Of a DNA stretch of 64,000 nucleotides, positions 19,674 through 28,576 are shown one piece after another. This stretch comes from Candidatus Woesearchaeota archaeon (GTDB lineage Archaea > Nanobdellota > Nanobdellia > Woesearchaeales > JAGVZT01): assembly GCA_018302335.1 (NCBI GenBank), contig JAGVZT010000001.1, positions 3,193-67,192 of the forward strand, read 5' to 3'. The first letter of the stretch is position 1, and each line of letters opens with the position of its first letter. Under the pieces are notes generated by a model. It had not been told where the DNA came from, searched no databases, and was given only the letters and a program-made list of their open reading frames with translations. Both the position numbers and the translations under genes were made by a program.

Positions 19674-20754
19674 GCTTCCCGGGCCCGGGACGCTGCCGCC
19701 GACCTATGACCATCTGCGCTCCTACGAGGAGAACAGGGATGAGGGGCCGTTCTTCTCGGGCCCGGTTCCTCGACGGAAGATTCCCTCGCGGCGCGTGCGC
19801 TTCCTCGGGTTCCCGGTGAACTCCCCGGTGGGCATCGCCGCCGGCCCCCTGCTGGACTCGAAATGGATTGCGCTGTACGCGAAGCTCGGCTTTGACATCC
19901 TCACCTACAAGACCGTGCGCACCAGGGAGGCGAAGGCGCACAGCCTGCCGAACATCCTCTTCCTCAAGCCCGAGGGACAGGTCTATCCGGGGGAGGCGCC
20001 TCTGGTCGCCTCTTCCGAGAGGAGCCGGTATCCGGTGAGCATCACGAACTCTTTCGGCATGCCCTCGTGGGACCCGGAGCGCTGGATTCCGGACGTGCGG
20101 AAGGCGCGCGCATCGCTCCGGGAGGGCCAGCTCCTCTCCGTCAGCGTGGTGGGCAGCGACACCTCCAGCTTGCAGGCGCTCGCATCGGACTACGCCCGCT
20201 GCGCGGAGCTCGCCTTCGAGGCCGGAGCCCATCTCATCGAGCTGAATCTCTCCTGCCCCAATGTGCACGGCGCCTGCGCCTCGGTGTACCTCGACCCCGA
20301 GAGCGCCGAGGCAGTCTCCCGGGCGGTGCGGGGCGCCGTGGGAAAACAGAAGGTCCTGGTCAAGCTCGGTTACTATGAGGAGCGGCCGAGGCTGGAGATG
20401 GTCCTGCGCGCGGTGCTGCCGCACGTCGATGGGATAGCCGCCATCAACACCGTCTCGCGCCCGGTCCGTTCTCCCGATGGGAAGGTCGCGCTGCCGGGGA
20501 GGGAGCGCAGCGGCATCTGCGGAGCGGCAATCCGGAGCGCCGCGCTCGGCACCGTGGAGCAGCTCTGCTCCCTTCGCGAGAAGCTCCTTGCCGAGTTCGC
20601 GGTCGTTGGTGTCGGGGGCATCATGACGCCGGCGGACGCCATGGCGCATCTCCGCGTCGGGGCAGATGCGGTGATGATGGCCACGGCCCCGATGTACGAC
20701 CCGTATTTGGCGATGCGGCTCCGCGAGGCCGGAGACTGGCCCGCGCGCAGGTGA
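19663..20754 (+). CDS. pyrD: dihydroorotate dehydrogenase family protein (class 1-like)
   Basis: 364 aa from MPAELPG. GIAAGPL, ELNLSCPNVHGA (active-site Cys loop) and VGVGGIMTPADA match the DHODH / dihydropyrimidine dehydrogenase fold; the pyrC neighbour favours PyrD. SD GGGAGGTG lies 5 nt upstream; 11-bp overlap with pyrC. Confidence 0.75.
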   Translation: MPAELPGPGTLPPTYDHLRSYEENRDEGPFFSGPVPRRKIPSRRVRFLGFPVNSPVGIAAGPLLDSKWIALYAKLGFDILTYKTVRTREAKAHSLPNILFLKPEGQVYPGEAPLVASSERSRYPVSITNSFGMPSWDPERWIPDVRKARASLREGQLLSVSVVGSDTSSLQALASDYARCAELAFEAGAHLIELNLSCPNVHGACASVYLDPESAEAVSRAVRGAVGKQKVLVKLGYYEERPRLEMVLRAVLPHVDGIAAINTVSRPVRSPDGKVALPGRERSGICGAAIRSAALGTVEQLCSLREKLLAEFAVVGVGGIMTPADAMAHLRVGADAVMMATAPMYDPYLAMRLREAGDWPARR

Positions 20755-20756
20755 AT

Positions 20757-20805
20757 TCGGCCGCATTGCGGACAATGTCCGGGATTCCGGCCATGCGGCG
20801 CGCGG
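20757..20805 (+). repeat. hairpin-forming intergenic element, copy A
   Basis: cggccgcattgcggacaatgtccgggattccggccatgcggcgcgcgg, immediately after the pyrD stop. Confidence 0.55.
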
Positions 20806-20863
20806 CACCGAGAAGATTTTTGGCGGCACAACCTTTAAATGCACCCGCGCCCGGGGAGGAGCG

Positions 20864-23410
20864 GTGCAACCTGCAGAATCACCCTGGGCGTTCAACGCTG
20901 AAGAGGTGCTCGCTGGCCTCGCCACCTCCCTCTCCGGGCTGTCGGAGCAGGAGGCAGCGGGCCGCGGGAAGGAGCATGGCGCCAACCGCATCCCGCACTC
21001 CGGGCATCGCAGGGCTCCGGCCATCCTGCTCATGCAGGTGATGAATCCGCTCATCCTGGTGCTCGTGTTCTCGGGCACCGTCTCCTTGTTCCTCGGTGAC
21101 AGGGTGACGTTCGCCATCCTGCTCATGACGGTGCTGCTCACGGTCGTTCTTGGCTTCTTCCAGGAGTACCGCGCGGAGAGGGCGCTGCGGGAGCTGCGGA
21201 GCTACCTGACGGACCGAGTCACGGTGGAGCGGGCAGGAACGGTGCGCGAGACGGACAGCGAATCGCTCGTCCCGGGTGACATCGTCCATCTCGGGGTGGG
21301 CGACATGGTTCCGGCGGACATCAGGCTGCTGCAGGTGAACTCCTGCTCGGTGGACGAGAGCTCGCTCACCGGGGAGAGCGTGCCGGAGCCGAAGCACATC
21401 GCCCCGCTGGAGGCGGAGAGGCCGCTGCCGCAGTACCTGGGGAACATGGCCTTCATGGGCACCTCGGTCGCGTCCGGCTCCGCCACGGGGGTGGTCGTGT
21501 TCACCGGGATGCGGACATTCTTCGGGAGGACCGCGGCGCACCTGCAGAAGACCCCGCACGCGGGGGACTTCCAGCGGAATATCCGGCGGTTCAGCGCCTT
21601 CCTCCTCCGGGTCATCATCGCCATGACGCTGTTCGTCTTCCTCACGAACGCACTGCTGGGCAAGGGCATCTTCCCTTCCTTCCTCTTCGCCATCGCGATT
21701 GCGGTGGGCATCACCCCGGAGGTGCTTCCGGTCATCATGACCCTGACCCTCTCCGCGGGCGCGCTCAGGATGGCCCGTGAGAAGGTCATCACGAAGAAAC
21801 TCGCGTCGGTGGAGGACCTGGGCAACATCGACGTGCTGTGCTGCGACAAGACGGGGACGCTCACCACGGGAAAGATTGCGCTGAGGCAGGCCATAGGAGT
21901 CAGGGGAGAGCAGGACGACACACTCGTGCTGCGCGGCCTGCTCTGCAACGCGGCATGGCGGGGGCGCGGGCACCATGCGTTCGGCAATCCGACGGATGCG
22001 GCCATCCGGGAGAGCGGCCTGGCGAAGCGCTTCGAGCCGCAGCTCAGGGAGCACACCATCCTCTCCCACAACGATTTCGACTTCCAGCGGAGGAGGATGA
22101 GCGTCCTGGTCCGCGGGAAGCGCGGCATACGCCTCATCTGCAAGGGCGCCGTGGAATCGGTCCTCGCGGTGAGCAGCTTCCTTCCCGGAGGGAGGCTCAT
22201 CACTCCCGCCGAGCGGCGGCGTCTCCTGGAGGTCGCCGAATCCCACGAGCGCGACGGCTACCGCACCATCGCGGTCGCGGAGAAGGCCATCGGGGCGGTC
22301 AAGGGGAGCAAGGACGACGAATGCGACCTCGTGATGCTGGGTTTCCTCCTCTTCCTCGACCCCGCGAAACGCACTGCCAAGCGCTCCCTCCGGATGCTGC
22401 GCGACCTCGGAGTCGAGATACGCATCCTCTCCGGAGACAGCCCGACGGTGACCCGGAAGATCTGCCGGGATGTGGAGCTGCCCATCGTGGAGGACCGCAT
22501 CCTGACCGGAGAAGAGCTGTACGGCATGAGCGAGGCGGATTTTCTCGTGGTGGTGAAGCGCTACAATGTCTTCGCCCGGGTGACGCCCGAGCAGAAGCAC
22601 CAGATCGTCGCCGCCCTGGAGCTCGCGGACCACGTCGTGGGATTTCTCGGCGATGGCATCAACGACGCGCCGGCCCTCCGCGCCGCGGACGTGGGCATCT
22701 CGGTGGACTCGGGCGTGGGAATCGCGAAGGAGTCCGCGGACATCATCCTCACGAAGAAGAGCCTCCGCGCCCTGGTGCACGGCATCACCGAGGGGCGGAG
22801 GACCTTCGGCAACATCACCAAGTACGTCCTCAACATCACCAGCGGGAACTACGGCAGCATGCTGACCCTGGCGCTCAGCTCCCTCGCGCTGCCCTTCTTC
22901 CCCATGCTCTGGTCCCAGATCCTGCTCCTCAACCTGCTCAGCGACATCCCCCTGCTGGCGCTCGCGACTGACCGCGTCGATCAGGAGTCGCTGCGCAGGC
23001 CGCGCAGGTGGGACCTGCGGTTCATCGGCAGCTTCATGGTGGTGTTTGGGCTGCTCAGCGCCTTCTTCGACCTCACCCTCGTGGTGCCGCTGTACTTCCT
23101 TGGGGTGAGTCCGGCGCTCTTCCGCACCGCGTGGTTCGTCGAGTCCGCTCTCTCGGAGGTTGCGGTGACGTTCGCCATCCGCACGCAGAAGCCGCTCTTC
23201 CGGAGCAGGCCGAGTTCGTTGCTGGTGGTGGCGAGTGTCTTTGCCGGAGTGGCAATCGTGGGGCTGCCGTTCACCGCGTTCGGGCAGAAGTTCCTGGAGT
23301 TCGTGCCCCTGCCGCCGGTGTTCCTGGCTGCGATAGGTGTGGTTGTCGTCGGGTACGTCGCGTCAGCGGAATTCCTGAAGCGCCGCTTCTTCCGCTGGAA
23401 GCCGCTCTAG
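20864..23410 (+). CDS. P-type cation-transporting ATPase (Mg2+/Ca2+ P2/P3-like)
   Basis: 848 aa; DKTGTLT phosphorylation site, TGES, GDGINDAPAL and 10 TM segments. GTG start preceded by GGGGAGGA (SD) and TATA ctttaaat about 28 bp upstream. Confidence 0.9.
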   Translation: MQPAESPWAFNAEEVLAGLATSLSGLSEQEAAGRGKEHGANRIPHSGHRRAPAILLMQVMNPLILVLVFSGTVSLFLGDRVTFAILLMTVLLTVVLGFFQEYRAERALRELRSYLTDRVTVERAGTVRETDSESLVPGDIVHLGVGDMVPADIRLLQVNSCSVDESSLTGESVPEPKHIAPLEAERPLPQYLGNMAFMGTSVASGSATGVVVFTGMRTFFGRTAAHLQKTPHAGDFQRNIRRFSAFLLRVIIAMTLFVFLTNALLGKGIFPSFLFAIAIAVGITPEVLPVIMTLTLSAGALRMAREKVITKKLASVEDLGNIDVLCCDKTGTLTTGKIALRQAIGVRGEQDDTLVLRGLLCNAAWRGRGHHAFGNPTDAAIRESGLAKRFEPQLREHTILSHNDFDFQRRRMSVLVRGKRGIRLICKGAVESVLAVSSFLPGGRLITPAERRRLLEVAESHERDGYRTIAVAEKAIGAVKGSKDDECDLVMLGFLLFLDPAKRTAKRSLRMLRDLGVEIRILSGDSPTVTRKICRDVELPIVEDRILTGEELYGMSEADFLVVVKRYNVFARVTPEQKHQIVAALELADHVVGFLGDGINDAPALRAADVGISVDSGVGIAKESADIILTKKSLRALVHGITEGRRTFGNITKYVLNITSGNYGSMLTLALSSLALPFFPMLWSQILLLNLLSDIPLLALATDRVDQESLRRPRRWDLRFIGSFMVVFGLLSAFFDLTLVVPLYFLGVSPALFRTAWFVESALSEVAVTFAIRTQKPLFRSRPSSLLVVASVFAGVAIVGLPFTAFGQKFLEFVPLPPVFLAAIGVVVVGYVASAEFLKRRFFRWKPL

Positions 23411-24156
23411 GAGTTCGGGCCCCACTGGAGCTTCGCTGGGCTGCTCACGTACCGCTCGAGGAACTCTTCGAGCGGGCCGAGGTCCCTCGCCGTCAGCGGC
23501 CTGCCGTCCGGATGCCAGCACTGTGTCATCGCGACGCATATGCGCGTAAGGCCTATCGCCGTCATGCTGTGCACGTCCTTAATGTGCGCGGCATAGTGGG
23601 GGGCACCTATCCTGCTGGGAAAGGAGCGAACCTCGACGTCGTTGCCGGAGCCCTGCGCTGCCCGGTAAGCTACGGCCTGCTGCTCCGCGCTGAGAGGAGC
23701 GGAGAGCTGGTACGCCCCGCCCTTCTCGGGGGTGCGTGGCAGCTCCAGGATGCCGAACAGCCTCTTGCAGAGGTCAAGGTCCTCGCCCTCGGTGAACAGC
23801 CAGTGGTTGCCGCTCTCCAGCTCAGGAATCTGCTCCAGCGTGGTCTCCTGCGCGGTAAGCTGCCGCCATGCAGTGAGTTGGAAGTTGTCCCCGCCGAAGC
23901 GCTGGAAGAATTCGGCTGCGCCCTCCCTGTTGAGGAGCGGAGCATTATGGGAGACCATCGCCAGCGAGACATTGCCGAGCTCCCGGTCCGGCCGGGTGTA
24001 TTTCGCCGAGGCGCGGAGCAGATGGCCGGTCTTGTCGGTCGCCATCAGGGCAAGCTCCGTGCCGAGCGGGGCATCCCCCCGGTGCTGGATGAGCATCTCG
24101 TACAGACTCGCCACGAGACGAGGATTCCGAAGAGCTTTATATATTTTACTACTCAT
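23407..24156 (-). CDS. hypothetical protein (249 aa)
   Basis: Clean ORF convergent with the ATPase (stop codons overlap); no domain recognised. Confidence 0.45.
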   Translation of the reverse strand: MSSKIYKALRNPRLVASLYEMLIQHRGDAPLGTELALMATDKTGHLLRASAKYTRPDRELGNVSLAMVSHNAPLLNREGAAEFFQRFGGDNFQLTAWRQLTAQETTLEQIPELESGNHWLFTEGEDLDLCKRLFGILELPRTPEKGGAYQLSAPLSAEQQAVAYRAAQGSGNDVEVRSFPSRIGAPHYAAHIKDVHSMTAIGLTRICVAMTQCWHPDGRPLTARDLGPLEEFLERYVSSPAKLQWGPNS

Positions 24157-24294
24157 TGATGGAAACTATACACCCAGAACGCGCCCCCGCGGACACGCGC
24201 CAGGTTGGGCAATGCCCAACGTGCGCCTACTCCTATTTAAATAAGATTGTACTTGAATACAAACACTTATAAATAAAGAACCTCCTTTGGCAGT

Positions 24295-25407
24295 ATGCGA
24301 GAGGCAATACGCGCGGTAGCGCAGACAACGTTCGCCAGCACCGGAATCCTGCGGGAGAAATACGTCGCACCCATCGAAGCTTGGCTCTCCCGTCCTGAAA
24401 TCATTGTCGTCAAAGGCGTTCGCCGCTGCGGCAAATCCATCATCCTGCAGCAGGTGGCATCCCGCCTGCAGGAGAAGGCAGCATATGTGAATTTCGACGA
24501 CTATCGCCTGCTCATGCACCTTGACCTGTCGCTGCTGGATGAGATTCTGGCAGCGTATCCCGAGGTGGATTACTTCTTCTTCGATGAAGTGCAGAAGATT
24601 CCGCAGTTCGAGAGCTGGCTGCGTACCCACTATGACATCAAGACGCACAAGAAATTCATCATCAGCGGATCAAGCATCTCGTTGCTCTCGCCCGGTCTCG
24701 GCACTGTCCTCACTGGCAGGAACATCACCTTTGAGGTCTTCCCGCTTGACTTCGCGGAATTCTGCACGTTCGGCGGAGCATCGCTCGAGACCTACTTGGA
24801 ATGGGGCGGGTTCCCTGAGGTGGTGCTCGAGCCGGACCCTGCCAAGAAGCGGCAGCTCCTCACGCAGTACTTCAACGACATCCTCCTCCGGGACATTCTC
24901 GAGAAGCACGGCATCGCGCCGACACAGCAGTTCAAGGCTTCCGCGCAATACATCCTCGCGAACACCGGCCTCAAAATCAGCGCAAACAGGTTCGCGAAAG
25001 AGCTTGGAATCAACAGCCGCACCGCTGAAAACTACCTCTCACACATGATTGATGCGTACCTGATATTCGAAGTGCCCTTCTTCTCCCATAGCGCAAAGAC
25101 GAAGTACCGCGCCGGTAGGGCCTCCAAGTACTACTCAATCGACAACGGTCTGACGACCGCGCTCTCCACCAGGACCAACAGGGGGCACCTCTTCGAAGCC
25201 GCTGTCGCACACGCGCTGCGTGGGCGCGGCGCCGAACTCTATCACTGGTCCGGGAGCCGGGAGGTGGACTTCGTCCAGGGGGATACCGCATACCAGGCAA
25301 CGCTTACCTCCACCGGGGGGGACGCGTTCGCGGAACTGAGCCGGGAGTTCAAGCATATCAAGCGGACCGTGACTGTCACCCCAGCGGGCCTTGAGGTCCT
25401 TCATTGA
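24295..25407 (+). CDS. ATPase of the archaeal AAA_14/DUF4143 family
   Basis: Walker A VKGVRRCGKS and Walker B YFFFDEVQ; C-terminal DUF4143-like region. TATA cttataaataaag centred about 22 bp upstream of the ATG. Confidence 0.8.
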   Translation: MREAIRAVAQTTFASTGILREKYVAPIEAWLSRPEIIVVKGVRRCGKSIILQQVASRLQEKAAYVNFDDYRLLMHLDLSLLDEILAAYPEVDYFFFDEVQKIPQFESWLRTHYDIKTHKKFIISGSSISLLSPGLGTVLTGRNITFEVFPLDFAEFCTFGGASLETYLEWGGFPEVVLEPDPAKKRQLLTQYFNDILLRDILEKHGIAPTQQFKASAQYILANTGLKISANRFAKELGINSRTAENYLSHMIDAYLIFEVPFFSHSAKTKYRAGRASKYYSIDNGLTTALSTRTNRGHLFEAAVAHALRGRGAELYHWSGSREVDFVQGDTAYQATLTSTGGDAFAELSREFKHIKRTVTVTPAGLEVLH

Positions 25408-25666
25408 TGCTGCCCTGAAGAGTGCGTATCGCGACTGGCCTGCTGAACACGACGCTCGCGATGCGCCTGATGCGAGGGTCGCTCTATTTGTCTTAAGCGT
25501 ACCGGCCGCCAAGCCTGAAAATCTACGAGGTGACAGAACGATAGGCGGTGGCGAGCATGTCCTTGCGCTTCTCCAACAGAAGAATCTTCTGAAAGGTTAT
25601 GGCGGGGATGAGTCCGCTTCCTTATACCTGGTCTCGTGCGCAATGAGCTGCTACAAGACCATCCAG

Positions 25667-26191
25667 TCAGGAATCAAAAAAAGGCCCGTGCTTCTCGGCT
25701 TCTTGAAGGAATCTCAAATCCCTCTTGACGATGAATCTTCCCTGGTAATCCGTTGGCTTTTCCTTCTTCAGCAGTTCGATGGCTTCCTTGAGTAGGTACC
25801 ATTCCACCCTGAAACCTTCCATCTGCTCCTCTTGGGTATAGCTGGGCTCGCCCTCTTCACTCTCCGTGGCCAGGAAGCAGGTTGATGTCTGATGCTCACG
25901 AAGCCGACTCTTGTATTCCACTGTGTGACCAAGATGTTCGCCTATGCGTATTCTTGAGCCGATTTCCTCTTCCACTTCCCTGTGCAGGGCTTCTTCGGAG
26001 GTCTCTCCAATATCAATCCCTCCTCCTGGAAGCTTGTGATAGGAAAGCTTCTGGACGTGCAAAAGTGCAATTTTGTCTCCACGTCTCAGGACGCAGCGTG
26101 CGGCCCTGCGTTCCCTCCACGCACCCACCGTCCGGCTCTTCAACCCCACATCCTCGTCTCTCAACTCCAGGAGGGTTATCATCAGAACCAT
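25667..26191 (-). CDS. NUDIX hydrolase
   Basis: Nudix box GGGIDIGETSEEALHREVEEEIG. TATA ttcttaaac lies about 26 bp upstream (leaderless). Confidence 0.75.
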   Translation of the reverse strand: MVLMITLLELRDEDVGLKSRTVGAWRERRAARCVLRRGDKIALLHVQKLSYHKLPGGGIDIGETSEEALHREVEEEIGSRIRIGEHLGHTVEYKSRLREHQTSTCFLATESEEGEPSYTQEEQMEGFRVEWYLLKEAIELLKKEKPTDYQGRFIVKRDLRFLQEAEKHGPFFDS

Positions 26192-26424
26192 CCCGCCCTT
26201 CCGTGTTTAAGAAACTACTGCCTTCCGAAAGAATGACGAGGTGAAACCATGAATCACAGACAGACGCCCTTCGCGCCGCGCCCATCCCCTTAGAGATGGC
26301 CAAGCCGCAGAAATGTTTGACGCTCTGGATGGAGCAGGCCTTCGCGGGGCGGCGCTGTCCAGGAACCCGCGCTCTCCGTGGGGCAAATGCTTCTCCAACG
26401 CGGGTCTTCCTGTTCAACGCGGCG

Positions 26425-27414
26425 TCACACCGTCTGCCGCACGCCGGTCCGCGACGCCTCGTACGCGGAAAGGATGACTTCGAGATTGCGCCGGCCCTCT
26501 GCGCCAGGCACCGGCGACGGCTCGCCGCGCTGCAGCCGGGAGAAGAAGTCCGAGAACAGCCCCTTGAACCCCCACTCCCAGGGAGGTGCTTTCAGCTCCT
26601 TCCACTCGCCGCGATAGTGCATGAGCTTCCCGCTCTTGCGCGAGAGGGAGAGGGTGCCCTCGCTGCCATACACCTCATAGACCCACTGTCCTCCGCCGGA
26701 CACGGCCCACGAGACCTGCAAGGACGTCGTGCCGAACTCGTGCTGCAGCAGGGCCAGCGCGAGGTCCTCGACCTCATGCTCCTCGCGTTCCGTGCTGACC
26801 GCTGCAGTCACCGTCTTGACCTCGCCGAGCAGCGCCCGTGCGAGGTAGATGTCGTGGTAGCCGTTGTCGAGCAGGCAGCCGAAGCCCGCGATAGCCCGCT
26901 GCGTCCTCCACTCGGGATTGAATTCCGGCGCGCCGTCCCAGTGCGACCCGCCCAGCCCTTCGGTGCGGATGAGGAACGGCTCGCCGATGGCTCCCTGCTG
27001 GACCATCTTTCGGACGAGCTGCATGCTAGGCTGGTAGAGGTAGTTGTGCGCGACGCAGAGCTGCACTCCCGCGCCCGCAACCGCATCAAGCACCTGGTCC
27101 GCCTGCCGGAGCGAGGTCGTGAGGGGCTTCTCGCAGAGGATGTGCTTCTTGCACTGCGCGGCGTCCATCAGGACCTTGTGGTGGTGGAAGTGCGGCACCG
27201 CGATGTCCACCACATCGACGTCGGACTGGCCGAGCAGGAGTTTGTAATCCGCGAAGCGCCTCTCCGACGGAACCCCGAGCATGTCCCCGATTTTCTCGCG
27301 CCTTCGCTCCACCGGGTCGGCGAGCGCTGTGACCGTGACGCCGAGCTCCCTGTAGGCGGGCACATGGCCCTCCTCCACGATGCGGCCGCAGCCGATGATG
27401 CCGACGCGCATCAT
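26425..27414 (-). CDS. Gfo/Idh/MocA-family NAD(P)-dependent oxidoreductase
   Basis: MMRVGIIGCGRI Rossmann N-terminus, the consensus EKP motif (CEKPLTTS) and C-terminal dimerisation domain. ATGA overlap with the upstream isomerase gene. Confidence 0.85.
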   Translation of the reverse strand: MMRVGIIGCGRIVEEGHVPAYRELGVTVTALADPVERRREKIGDMLGVPSERRFADYKLLLGQSDVDVVDIAVPHFHHHKVLMDAAQCKKHILCEKPLTTSLRQADQVLDAVAGAGVQLCVAHNYLYQPSMQLVRKMVQQGAIGEPFLIRTEGLGGSHWDGAPEFNPEWRTQRAIAGFGCLLDNGYHDIYLARALLGEVKTVTAAVSTEREEHEVEDLALALLQHEFGTTSLQVSWAVSGGGQWVYEVYGSEGTLSLSRKSGKLMHYRGEWKELKAPPWEWGFKGLFSDFFSRLQRGEPSPVPGAEGRRNLEVILSAYEASRTGVRQTV

Positions 27415-28172
27415 GCCCTCAGCGCCTCCAGCGCCCGGCTGGCGTGCTCCGCCTGCCGGGACTGGCCGTCGTATTCGACCATCACCCATCCTTTGTAGCC
27501 TGAATAGGCGAGAGTGCCAAGCACGCGGGGAATGTCCAGCTGGCCCTCGCCCAGCGGCCGGAACTCTCCTGACGCGTAGTCCTTGAGGTGCACATAGCCG
27601 ATGCGTCCGGCATGCCGCTTGACCACCTGCGCGGGGTCCATCCCCGCGAGGGCGAGATGCGCGGTGTCCGGGCAGAGCAACACCGCTTTAGGGTCGGTGA
27701 GTGACAGCACCTTCTCGATGCTCTGCTCGTCGTAGACCAGGCAGCCCTGGTGGGGATGGAGCGCGAGGGTCACCGCATGGGGCCAGGCAGCCTGCGCCAT
27801 GGCATCGAGCGTCTTCGCCATCTCCTCTAGCTCCTGCGGCAGCGACTGCAGCTGTCCCCCGCCAACGACCAGTGTGCTCCCACCGAGGCGTTCGAGCAGT
27901 CCCGCGGCTCTCGCGGCGTTCTCGACATGGAGGCTTCGCTGGCCAGGATGGCCGAGCGCGCCATCGTAGTAGAGAGAGGCGAGCGTCATGCGGTGCGAAG
28001 ACAAATGCTCCTCGAGGTCCAGAAGCCGGAAGTCGTCCCACTGCGCGATGTCCGCGAAGCTCTCCGTGCCCGCATATCCCAGCGCGGAGAGGTCGCTGAT
28101 GGCGGTGAAGAGTCCCTGGCCCCAGTTCCAGCTGAGAGAATGGTACCCGACAGGCATGCCGAAGCGTTCCAT
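27411..28172 (-). CDS. sugar phosphate isomerase/epimerase (xylose-isomerase-like TIM barrel)
   Basis: 253 aa from MERFGMPVGYHSLSW with typical HLAL and GYVHLKD motifs. TATA gcttataag about 35 bp upstream. Confidence 0.8.
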   Translation of the reverse strand: MERFGMPVGYHSLSWNWGQGLFTAISDLSALGYAGTESFADIAQWDDFRLLDLEEHLSSHRMTLASLYYDGALGHPGQRSLHVENAARAAGLLERLGGSTLVVGGGQLQSLPQELEEMAKTLDAMAQAAWPHAVTLALHPHQGCLVYDEQSIEKVLSLTDPKAVLLCPDTAHLALAGMDPAQVVKRHAGRIGYVHLKDYASGEFRPLGEGQLDIPRVLGTLAYSGYKGWVMVEYDGQSRQAEHASRALEALRA

Positions 28173-28248
28173 ACAATCCCCCCGGCCGGGAGAAGGCCTC
28201 ACCGCTTATAAGCATTAAGGTTATTAACCTCGCCGTAAAGAGACAGGC

Positions 28249-28416
28249 ATGGCGCGCATCTGCATCGCCTGCGGCGCGGAGATGGTGTACGAGCAGCGGT
28301 TCTGGCGCTGTCCCCGCTGCCGGGCGATGGAGGAGGGCGAAAGTCCGTCTGGCAACGGAAAGCAGCGCTACCGGAGCTACCGCCAGGGCGGCCCGCTGCG
28401 GAGCCAGAAGCGCTGA
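28249..28416 (+). CDS. 55-aa zinc-ribbon mini-protein (not in ORF track)
   Basis: MARICIACGAEMVYEQRFWRCPRCRAMEEGESPSGNGKQRYRSYRQGGPLRSQKR with CxxC-x12-CxxC. TATA ggttattaacc centred about 27 bp upstream of the ATG; divergent from the isomerase gene. Confidence 0.4.
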   Translation: MARICIACGAEMVYEQRFWRCPRCRAMEEGESPSGNGKQRYRSYRQGGPLRSQKR

Positions 28417-28576
28417 GCGCTCGCGCCGCAAAAAGGGAGTATCTTTCGGTCGCCATGCTGGGCAATATCCAGGTTGTCTCGTAGGAATACCGGATATCCT
28501 CAGCAACGCGGCCGATCTCCCCCTCTAAAAGACAGTCGGCACAAGATATTTATGCTCGCTCATGCCGAAAGGCGCG

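Noticed and set aside
19441-21141. 566-aa minus ORF; also 20879-22780 (633 aa, minus) and 21838-22971 (377 aa, plus)
   Set aside because: Antisense or off-frame to pyrD and the P-type ATPase, whose motifs (SCPN; DKTGTLT, GDGINDAPAL) are unambiguous.
25408-25666. 259-bp spacer with ORFs 25391-25795 (plus) and 25401-25643 (minus)
   Set aside because: Both ORFs overlap real genes or each other and have junk composition. The spacer may be regulatory, but I could not see a defined element.
26296-27498. 400-aa plus ORF
   Set aside because: Antisense to the Gfo/Idh/MocA oxidoreductase (clear Rossmann N-terminus on the other strand).
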